A DNA stretch of 64,000 nt. Source: Longimicrobiales bacterium (lineage in GTDB: Bacteria > Gemmatimonadota > Gemmatimonadetes > Longimicrobiales > Gaopeijiaceae). The translations under genes and the position numbers were made by a program. Below the pieces are notes generated by a model. It was not told the DNA's origin. It did not search any database and saw only the letters and a list, made by a program, of their open reading frames with translations. Below are positions 29,773 through 37,890 of this stretch, piece after piece. Within the stretch, counting starts at the first letter, position 1, and every line of letters begins with the position of its first letter. Where the stretch lies: positions 1,120,001 through 1,184,000 of the forward strand of contig CBDBCF010000001.1 of assembly GCA_965202985.1 (NCBI GenBank). Direction: 5' to 3'.

Positions 29773-31080
29773 ATGCATTCGGATCGCCGACCTCGTTCAG
29801 CAACATCGTGGGTCCTCGCTGTTCTTGCGGTTGCAACTGCGTCCGCTGTCGCCTGCGACGGCGGCTCGGACGTGCCCCAGCCGCGCCGGTCCGGTCCCGT
29901 CGAGTACGGGATGCGGGACAGCGCAGGGGTCGTGGTCGTGGAGAGCGCCAAGCCGCCGGACGGGTCGCGACTGGGATGGACGGTGAGTTCGATCCCTGTC
30001 GTGTCGGTCGGGACGCAGGAGGGAGCAGGCGAATGGCAGCTCCACCGCGCCGGCGACGCCACCAAGCTTCCCGACGGAAGGATCGTCGTCGCCAACAGCG
30101 GATCCCAAGAGCTGCTGATCTTCGACGAAGCCGGCGAGTACGTCGACGCTTGGGGCCGCCAGGGAGACGGACCGGGCGAGTTTGCAAGACTCGACCGGGT
30201 GGCCGCTTGGCGGGGGGACTCGATCATCGCCTCGGACGGGGCCTACCTCCGTGTGTCGATCTTCGACGCGAACGGCGCCCATGGGCGAACGACCGCAATC
30301 CCGGGCTCCGTCGGAGGGCTGCTCCGTCGCGCCATGGGAGCGATCGCCGGCCAAGCACCGGGCCACACGCTGCTTGCACCGGTGTCCGACAGCCTCTTGC
30401 TGACTTCGGACCCGCCGGTCGGCATGTCGGGCTTCCGGCGCCAGGACCACGTCTACGAAGTCAAGTCCCCCGACGGCAGCCTGCTTGCGTCCTTGGGCGA
30501 GTACCCGGGTCCGCAGACCTACACGGCCACGGTCGACCACAACAATCTCCTGGTCTTTCTCCCGCTTCAGCATCCCTTCGGCCACACGACCGAGTGGACG
30601 GTATGGGGCGACCTGGTGGCGTTCGGGCGCACCGAGACGTACGAAGTGCGGGGCTTCCGCGCCGACGGCTCGCTTGCGAGGATCGTGCGACGGGACCACG
30701 AGCCCGGCGTGCCCACGCGAACCGAGCTGGATGTGCGACTCGAGGAGGCGATCCTGCAGCGCGGCTCCGAGTATCGGGATGCATTGATGGACATCATTGC
30801 GGACGTGCCCATGGTCGAGCGCTTTCCAGCGTTCGGCCCGGTGCTCGCCGACGCGCTGGGCTACCTGTGGATCGCCGAGTTCAGGCGGCCCGGCGAAGAC
30901 CCGTCCCGAACCGTGTGGACGGTCTTCGATCGCGAGGGCATCGTGCAGGGCTTTGTGGACACGCCCAGCGACCTCGAAGTGTACGAGATCGGCGCCGACT
31001 ACGTCCTGGGCAGGAGCAAAGACGAGTTCGGCACCGAGTACGTGCAGGTCTGGGGGCTGGAGCGGGGGACGGACGGCTAG
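29773..31080 (+). CDS. 6-bladed beta-propeller-like lipoprotein
   Basis: SAVAC, DSAGVVVVES, GRQGDGPGEF, DEFGTEYVQVW. Confidence 0.8.
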   Translation: MHSDRRPRSATSWVLAVLAVATASAVACDGGSDVPQPRRSGPVEYGMRDSAGVVVVESAKPPDGSRLGWTVSSIPVVSVGTQEGAGEWQLHRAGDATKLPDGRIVVANSGSQELLIFDEAGEYVDAWGRQGDGPGEFARLDRVAAWRGDSIIASDGAYLRVSIFDANGAHGRTTAIPGSVGGLLRRAMGAIAGQAPGHTLLAPVSDSLLLTSDPPVGMSGFRRQDHVYEVKSPDGSLLASLGEYPGPQTYTATVDHNNLLVFLPLQHPFGHTTEWTVWGDLVAFGRTETYEVRGFRADGSLARIVRRDHEPGVPTRTELDVRLEEAILQRGSEYRDALMDIIADVPMVERFPAFGPVLADALGYLWIAEFRRPGEDPSRTVWTVFDREGIVQGFVDTPSDLEVYEIGADYVLGRSKDEFGTEYVQVWGLERGTDG

Positions 31081-31185
31081 AGGTGGCGAACTGATGGCTG
31101 TGGTGGTACCTTGCGATGGTCCTGAACGAAACCCGGGGACGCTAGCCCAGCGGGTGCCGCATAGAGCCCACCGGAGGTCGGCAGC

Positions 31186-32277
31186 GTGATTCGCAATCTG
31201 AAGCTCAAAGGCTATCGTAGCTTCGAATCCTATGAATTGCGGGATTTGGCCAGAGTAAACCTTCTGGTAGGCAGGAACAATTCCGGCAAGACTTCAATCC
31301 TCGAGGCAGTAAATTTCATGGTGTCCGGCGGCGACCCCCAAGTGCTTCGCGGGATCGCTCTACAGCGTGGCGAAGAGCGTGGCGGAAGGAACAGATATCG
31401 CGTAACCGATATCTCGCATCTCATGTTCGGACATCGCTTCGTTCCTGGGTCCCGCTTCAGCATTCAATCGGACGACAGCGGGCAGTTCGTGCACGTTAGT
31501 GTTGAAGAGGGCACGGATGACTTGGATTTCGATCAACGTCAGATGTTCGACAAGGAGGTGGACGACAAGACTCTCGAAGATGCTACATTGCTCGCCGTAC
31601 ACGTCGCTGGCAGTGGTGTCGAGGATCGATTGGTTGTTCCCGCGACCGGCGACGGCTCAATTTACCTGGATCCTCGAGCGATGCGAGCGGCTAGTCTCGA
31701 CGGATTGTCGGCTATGCCTGTTCGATTCATTACCGCGGCTTCTCTAGGAGTCGGAGGCATGCACGGGATGTGGGACAACTTGGTGCGAGAAAGACGAGAG
31801 ACCGAAGTAGTTGATGCACTCAAGTTGGTGGAGCGCAACATAGATTCGGTTCATTTCTTGGGCGCAAACGGTTACGGGCGTGGAGACATCGTCTTGGGAC
31901 TCCTTGGATCGGGCCAACGCAATCCGATCGGCAGTCACGGTGATGGCATTCGGCGCCTGCTTGCCTTGGCCCTGTCGCTGACCCAACTGTCCGGCGGAGT
32001 ATTGTTGGTTGACGAGATCGATACAGGGCTTCACTGGACCGTACTCGAAGGCCTTTGGAAGCTGGTCATCGAACAGGCAGCCAAGACCAACATCCAAGTG
32101 TTTGCCACAACTCACAGCTACGACTGCATACGTGGACTCGCTTCGCTAGCAGCATCTCACCCTCGTCTCGCCCCCGAGTTCACCGTTCAGAAAGTCGAAC
32201 GGGCACTTACGCGAGCAGTCGGGTTCGACAGCGATGACGTAGAGAAAGCAATCGATCGCGAAATTGAACTCCGATGA
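31186..32277 (+). CDS. AAA_15/AAA_21-type ABC-like ATPase
   Basis: GRNNSGKTS, GDG.RR signature, LLVDEIDTGLH, ATTHS. Confidence 0.88.
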   Translation: MIRNLKLKGYRSFESYELRDLARVNLLVGRNNSGKTSILEAVNFMVSGGDPQVLRGIALQRGEERGGRNRYRVTDISHLMFGHRFVPGSRFSIQSDDSGQFVHVSVEEGTDDLDFDQRQMFDKEVDDKTLEDATLLAVHVAGSGVEDRLVVPATGDGSIYLDPRAMRAASLDGLSAMPVRFITAASLGVGGMHGMWDNLVRERRETEVVDALKLVERNIDSVHFLGANGYGRGDIVLGLLGSGQRNPIGSHGDGIRRLLALALSLTQLSGGVLLVDEIDTGLHWTVLEGLWKLVIEQAAKTNIQVFATTHSYDCIRGLASLAASHPRLAPEFTVQKVERALTRAVGFDSDDVEKAIDREIELR

Positions 32278-32933
32278 CGACGACGGACACTCGACGACCC
32301 GTCCTTTTCGTCGAGGGCAAGGACGACGAAAATGCTATACGACACTTGCTCCGTAGACATGGTCTCGACTACGGTGATACCGGGTCATCGACACCGCTTC
32401 CGGAGCTTTGCGTGCCTGGCGGCGGAGTGGACGGCGTGTTGGACACCATTGCGATTGGCGTGCGAAGCGGCACGGGCGGTTCGACTGGATTTGTGTTGGA
32501 TGCCAACGACGAGCCCATCGATCGCTGGAAGGCGGTGGCATTCCGCCTTAGTCAAGTAGGCGTAGTCGCTCCCGAAAAAATACCAGAATATGGATTTGTG
32601 GGAGAATCCCCTGAGTATGGCACTCGGGTCGGCGTATGGCTCATGCCCGACAATCGGGAGACCGGGGCTTTGGAAGAATTTCTGGCCAACCTCGTAGACA
32701 CCGGCGATCCGTTGCTCGCGCACGCAAGGGCTGCAACGGATCAAGCAGTAGCCTTGGGTGCGGCGTTTAGGGCGGCACATACTCGGAAGGCCGTGGTCCA
32801 CGCATGGCTGGCATGGCAGAGGGAGCCCGGATTGCGGTACGGTACAGCGATCCGCGCGAAGTACTTCCGTCACGATGCGCCGGTTGCGACAACGTTCGTC
32901 GCCTGGTTTCGGGACCTGTATGACGTGACGTGA
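32274..32933 (+). CDS. DUF3226-like (TOPRIM-like) protein
   Basis: LFVEGKDD, VLDAN, WLMPDN..GALEEFL, KA..HAWLAWQ.EPG; coupled to ATPase. Confidence 0.75.
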   Translation: MTTTDTRRPVLFVEGKDDENAIRHLLRRHGLDYGDTGSSTPLPELCVPGGGVDGVLDTIAIGVRSGTGGSTGFVLDANDEPIDRWKAVAFRLSQVGVVAPEKIPEYGFVGESPEYGTRVGVWLMPDNRETGALEEFLANLVDTGDPLLAHARAATDQAVALGAAFRAAHTRKAVVHAWLAWQREPGLRYGTAIRAKYFRHDAPVATTFVAWFRDLYDVT

Positions 32934-32989
32934 TTACCCGTGGAGCGGGTCAGCTGGCTGCGGAATCGACGTCCCGCGGCTGTTCAGTC

Positions 32990-33275
32990 GCCCGACACGC
33001 CCAGAACGGCACGTAGTGGCGCATTCGCACGCCGTTCCCGGATTCGGGACGACAATCAGGTCCGCGTCGACCGCTTCTCTCATGATCCGAGAGATCATCG
33101 ACGCGTTTTTGCCGAGAACACCCAGTTGTTCCCGCAGTGAGCTGTTCGTCATCCGGCGTCCGGTCACGAACCGGAGGCAAGCGCGAAGGTAGCACGCGCG
33201 AAGCCGTTCCTGCTTGTCCATTTGCCCCAAGGTCTTCCGGTCGAAGGGCAGCACCCGCGTGAAGCCAGACGGCAC
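32990..33275 (-). pseudogene. C-terminal remnant of an ATP-binding/wHTH regulator
   Basis: MDKQERLRACYL..CL..MTNSSLRE...SRI and, in another frame, YVPFWA; no N-terminal domains. Confidence 0.55.
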
Positions 33276-33503
33276 GTCGAAGCGAGGTGGCGGAAGCTGG
33301 TGAATCCCACGGGCCGGCGGGCAGGCGGCGGGCGGACCAGCAGGCAGTCATCGGGCTCTGCGCCGCGTCTCTCCGGCTCCGCCGCGGCCCTTCCAGTCAA
33401 GAAACAGGCAAGAAACCAAGTCCTTGACGGCCAAGGACTTACGGGAATTGAGAGCCTTGCTGGCGGTTTCCAGTCAAGAAAACTGGCCCGTGGGCCGCGA
33501 GGT

Positions 33504-34760
33504 TCAGGACGGCCCCAGTTCGAGCAACCGTACAACGCGAACGATCGGGAGGCCGGATTCGTCCCTCTCGACGTACGCCATCAGCCCATCGGGTCCGAAC
33601 GCCGCCGGTATGCGGACGCCGTTTGCGGGCAGCGTGCCCACGTAACGGCCGTCGGCGCCAAAGACGTCGGTTGGTCCGTCGGAACGGCCGTCGCTGGCCG
33701 AACGCGCGACCCAGATGCGGCTCTCCGAGTCGATGGCCATCGCGCTGACGACGGGAATCTGATCCGCAAAGGTCATCCGATCCAATGCGGTCGCCAGGAT
33801 TTGGCGTCCGATCGCTTCACGGATCTCCTGAGACATCCCCGGACCGGTTACGGAAATCTTGCGATTCCGAACGACTTCGGTCTTCCGCTTCCGCTCGGCT
33901 CGTCTTATCTCCGGCGTGACGTCAAAGGGCGGAATCGGCCTCTCCAGCGTTCCTTCGACCACTCCAGAAACCGAGATCAGTTTGACGCGATAGTCCACAG
34001 AATCGACTACGGCAACGCGACCATCGGGCAGGACATCGACAAGCAGCGACGGCGCGAACTCCGGGGGTTCTCGCATTCCGATCTGCAGGCCAACTCCTAG
34101 GTCGCCGTCCGCCTGTGTTTCGTCGCGGCTTGCGTGGTCGGTCGTTTGGGGCATCTCCCAAGCGGTGTAGAGCGTCTGCCGCACGCCGTCCGACGAAAAA
34201 GCGTCTATCGGACGGCCGAGGCCGCCGCCCGACCTTCCCGTCGCAAGTATTCTGCCGTCGGGCAACGCTCGCAGCACGCGACCAAATCCGTTCAACGACC
34301 CGCGACCGCTCGACTCGACTTGAATGCGACCGCTCATCGCTCCGGCCGTATCGAACACCAGAAAGGCCCTGTGTCCCAGGTCCCACGCCAGCAACCGCCC
34401 ATCGTCCGTGGCCACCAGCGAAATCGGCGCTTCCAATTCGGCCGGGCCTTCTCCCGGATGCGGAATCTCGCGACGAAGGCTCCCGTCCGAAGCCACGACG
34501 ACGATCCGCTTCCGACGCGCGTCCAGCAACGCAAGATCACCGGACATGGTGAAGGCCAGCGAGCTGATCCGGCTGAACAACGCCCATTCCTCGCCCGAGG
34601 CACCGCCGCCCGCGACGAAGACTTCCTCTGTCGCGGCCGCTATGGGGACGTCCAAATCAAGCGCCCCTTCGTCCCCGCAAACCGCCAATGCCGCCAATGC
34701 AAAGGAGGCGATCATGACCGATCGCGCGGTTCCCGGCCGGCTATGGCTCGAGCGCTTCAT
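33504..34760 (-). CDS. 6-bladed beta-propeller-like protein
   Basis: GEGPAEL, PAAFGPDGLMAYVERDESG; same subfamily as 17588 and 34767. Confidence 0.8.
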   Translation of the reverse strand: MKRSSHSRPGTARSVMIASFALAALAVCGDEGALDLDVPIAAATEEVFVAGGGASGEEWALFSRISSLAFTMSGDLALLDARRKRIVVVASDGSLRREIPHPGEGPAELEAPISLVATDDGRLLAWDLGHRAFLVFDTAGAMSGRIQVESSGRGSLNGFGRVLRALPDGRILATGRSGGGLGRPIDAFSSDGVRQTLYTAWEMPQTTDHASRDETQADGDLGVGLQIGMREPPEFAPSLLVDVLPDGRVAVVDSVDYRVKLISVSGVVEGTLERPIPPFDVTPEIRRAERKRKTEVVRNRKISVTGPGMSQEIREAIGRQILATALDRMTFADQIPVVSAMAIDSESRIWVARSASDGRSDGPTDVFGADGRYVGTLPANGVRIPAAFGPDGLMAYVERDESGLPIVRVVRLLELGPS

Positions 34761-34766
34761 TCCCAG

Positions 34767-36104
34767 TCAGTCGAGTGCATCGGCAGACGGCATTGCGAGG
34801 CGCAACAGCCGGACCACATGGACGAAGGGAACGCCGAGACCGTCCGTTTCCACATATGCCATCAGGCCGTCGGGGCCAAATGCCGTTGGAATCCGAATCT
34901 GATCCGGGGCCAACGTGCCCATGTACTGACCGTCGGCGGAAAACACGTCCGTCGGCCCATCGGAGGCACCGCTGTTTCCCGTGCGAGAGACCCAAATCCG
35001 ATCCTCGGAATCCACCCCCATTGCATCTATGACGGGAATCTGCGCGGCGAAGGTCAACTGCCGAAGATTGGTCTCCAGCGTATGACGCAAGGCTGTGTCA
35101 ATGGTCTCCTTGTCGATGCCGGACCCGTAAGCCGTAATCGTGACGCTCTCCTCAGCGTCTCCCGCCGTCAACTCCGCCTCCATTGCATCTCTCACGGCTT
35201 GCTCAACATCAGGCGTGACTTTACGCGGCAGAATTGCTCTTTCCAGTACGTTCTCAACGAGACCGCCAGACGAGAGCAACTTGATGCGATAACCTATGGA
35301 ATCGACCACGGCCACGCGTCCGTCCGACAGGACGTCCACCAACAAGGGCGGGGCAAAATGAGGGCGATCAGTGCCGAAGGAGAACATCCTCGTGTTGTCC
35401 CCCGAAGTCGGGACCTCTTCCATTTTCCGGTCAGTGGCAGACGGCAAGTCCCATGCCATCATTAAAGTGTCTCTTCCATCTCCTAAGGAAAGGACCTCGA
35501 CTGGACGGCCAGCGGCACCAAAACGGAACCCGCCAAATGCCACGATCCGACCGTCCGGCAACGGTCGAAAGGTCTTGCCGCTTAGGTCGGTGAGGCTTGG
35601 CACTTGAATACCGGTAAGACCCGGCAATTGCCGGGTAGATGCCGGTCCGCGATCGACCCGATGCTGCTCCAGAAAGGCACCGTCCAGACCAAATACCAGA
35701 AACGATCTGTGGCCAACATCATAAACCGCCAATCGGCCGTCGTCCATCGCCATGACCGAAGCCGGCGACCGCAATTCACCGGGTCCGTCACCCGCCCGCG
35801 AGAGATCGTGGCTCCGGTTGCCGTCTTGGGCTACGACGACGATGCGCCGCTGAAGGTTGTCCACTACCACCAAGTTTCCCTTGGCGTCGAACACGGCATC
35901 CGTAACCGCCGTGAACGATTCCCATTCCTCGCCTTTGACATCTCCGATGGAGAATACATCTTCAGTTGTTGCTACGATGGGCACATCGTCGGGCAGTTCT
36001 TGTTGGGCTGAGTTCCCGCAACCACCAGCTAAGAATGCGAACAGTGCGCAGATGCAGGTGACCTTACCGATCATCCTTTCCATAATTCTTATCCAGTTGT
36101 CCAT
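34767..36104 (-). CDS. 6-bladed beta-propeller-like lipoprotein
   Basis: FLAGGC lipobox, GDGPGEL, PTAFGPDGLMAYVETDGLGV. Confidence 0.8.
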   Translation of the reverse strand: MDNWIRIMERMIGKVTCICALFAFLAGGCGNSAQQELPDDVPIVATTEDVFSIGDVKGEEWESFTAVTDAVFDAKGNLVVVDNLQRRIVVVAQDGNRSHDLSRAGDGPGELRSPASVMAMDDGRLAVYDVGHRSFLVFGLDGAFLEQHRVDRGPASTRQLPGLTGIQVPSLTDLSGKTFRPLPDGRIVAFGGFRFGAAGRPVEVLSLGDGRDTLMMAWDLPSATDRKMEEVPTSGDNTRMFSFGTDRPHFAPPLLVDVLSDGRVAVVDSIGYRIKLLSSGGLVENVLERAILPRKVTPDVEQAVRDAMEAELTAGDAEESVTITAYGSGIDKETIDTALRHTLETNLRQLTFAAQIPVIDAMGVDSEDRIWVSRTGNSGASDGPTDVFSADGQYMGTLAPDQIRIPTAFGPDGLMAYVETDGLGVPFVHVVRLLRLAMPSADALD

Positions 36105-36175
36105 AATTTCTTCTTATCCAGTTGAACTTCTCCAATGCCGTCATGTTGTGGCATAAGCGTACGCCAAGCCTTCTA

Positions 36176-36490
36176 CTAAGTGCGTTCGCATGCCAGGATG
36201 AGGAGGTCCACAGGGCCTTTATTGGTATGGATGGTCAGCACGCCGATTATCTCACATGTCCACGTTTCCTCTTCTGGTTCGTTATTGACGCACGTGGCGT
36301 CACACTTCTCCTCGTGCTCCTGCGCAGGGACATGTTGGGCCGGAGTAGCCAGAGCTGCCGACATGACCAAGGCGATCCACAACCGCCACGCCTTCACGCC
36401 TCGGACGGCTGCTGGCTTCGCGGCAACTCCGCCGATCGGAACGGCGATGGACGCGGCAAACTGGAACAACGACGAGATTAGGAACCTCAT
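36176..36490 (-). CDS. small secreted Cys-containing peptide (104 aa, 4 Cys)
   Basis: AGGAGG RBS, hydrophobic LWIALVMSAALA, putative VPA|Q cleavage, 4 Cys in mature part. Confidence 0.7.
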   Translation of the reverse strand: MRFLISSLFQFAASIAVPIGGVAAKPAAVRGVKAWRLWIALVMSAALATPAQHVPAQEHEEKCDATCVNNEPEEETWTCEIIGVLTIHTNKGPVDLLILACERT

Positions 36491-36584
36491 GGGAACCTCC
36501 TGGCTGGGTTGGCACGATTTGCGGGATGCACTGAAGGTTGGCGACCTCGCGATCGAATGTCAAGTCACGGGAGCCGTCCGGCTG

Positions 36585-37883
36585 TCAACGGGCTCGCCTC
36601 CGTTCGCCCCAGCTCACCGCCCGGCCAGCCACGGTTGGCCGCGATTCTCGCTCCAGGGCCCTCGCGATCAGCGTCCGCCCGTCGTCGGATTGGGGGCGGA
36701 AGCCCAGCAGCCGCAAGACGCCCAGGGCGCCCCAGCGGGCGACGCGACGGTCCGCAACTACGACGCCGGGGCGATCGGGGCGGCGACAAACGCCCGGCAA
36801 CCAGTGGGCGACCCGTCCGACCTTGAGCCGACGCAGCACGCCGGACAGCCGCAGCCAGAAGAGGGGGAACTCCCGCACCACGAAGAAGCCGTCTTCGCCT
36901 TGCTCCTGGTAGAGCGGCATGAGGACGCGGCCCGTCTCCGGGGCGGACACGCGGCCATTGCGGTCGTCGCCCAGCACATCGCCGGCGCGAAGAGGCTGGA
37001 AGTTGAGCAAGCCGGGGCGGCTGCAGTAGCGGTCGTCGTCGGCAACGGGATGGCGGTACTTTACTTCCAGTGCGCGGGGCAGGCCGCGGTAGGCGCTGCG
37101 CAACGCCCGAAAGCCCCGGCGGGCCTCGGGCGCGTTCGCATCGGTCAGCAGCCCGGCCGCTCGGATCGCCAGCCACGTTGCCCACGCCGCCCGCTCGCGA
37201 GATGCCGCCTCCTCGTGCTGACCGCACTCGAAGACGGCGGTCGTGTAGCCGAAGCCGTCCAGGTAGCCGATCAGCGTGCCCTCGACCGCTTCGTCCAGAC
37301 CGAGCACCAGCGGCGCCGGGATCTCCATGGCGAAGCGGCGGTTGTCCAGGAAGTCGGAGGTCGTGGTGAAGGCGCCGCCGCCACCAGACGTGGTGTGCAG
37401 GTCCAGCACATGGACGGGCCCGCGACGGCGCTCCGCGACCTGGGCCAGCACGTCCAACAGGCGGGTGATCTCGCGGCCCTCCCCCTCGTCGGCGTCGGCG
37501 CCGCTGGGCGAGACCGCGGCCGAGACCGCCGTTGCGTCGCCGCGCCCGCGCGCCGCCAAGCGTTCTTCCGTCCACGCCCGGTTCAGGTCGTAGGCCACGA
37601 ACCGCCGGCCCGCCGCCAGCGCTCCCAAGTTGCCCGCCACGGCCACGAAGTCGCCCGTCATGCGATCCCTGCGCGCATGCAACCCGCGCGTCACCGCTTC
37701 CAGCGCATGCACGCCGGCGGGCTCGTTCCCGTGAAGTCCGCCCACGCACAGCAACAAGGGGCCCGCCGAAGCTCCGGCGATCCAGGCCACGCGGCCCTGG
37801 GCCAGCCCCGCGTTCCGGGCGGCCGGCCCCTCGTCCGATGTCGCTCGGGCGCGCTTCGCCAGCGCCGGGCTACCCACGACCAC
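36585..37883 (-). CDS. succinylglutamate desuccinylase/aspartoacylase (M14-like) family protein
   Basis: HGNEPAG, DLNR, LDLHTTS, FECGQH. Confidence 0.85.
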   Translation of the reverse strand: MVVGSPALAKRARATSDEGPAARNAGLAQGRVAWIAGASAGPLLLCVGGLHGNEPAGVHALEAVTRGLHARRDRMTGDFVAVAGNLGALAAGRRFVAYDLNRAWTEERLAARGRGDATAVSAAVSPSGADADEGEGREITRLLDVLAQVAERRRGPVHVLDLHTTSGGGGAFTTTSDFLDNRRFAMEIPAPLVLGLDEAVEGTLIGYLDGFGYTTAVFECGQHEEAASRERAAWATWLAIRAAGLLTDANAPEARRGFRALRSAYRGLPRALEVKYRHPVADDDRYCSRPGLLNFQPLRAGDVLGDDRNGRVSAPETGRVLMPLYQEQGEDGFFVVREFPLFWLRLSGVLRRLKVGRVAHWLPGVCRRPDRPGVVVADRRVARWGALGVLRLLGFRPQSDDGRTLIARALERESRPTVAGRAVSWGERRRAR

Positions 37884-37890
37884 CGCCGCC

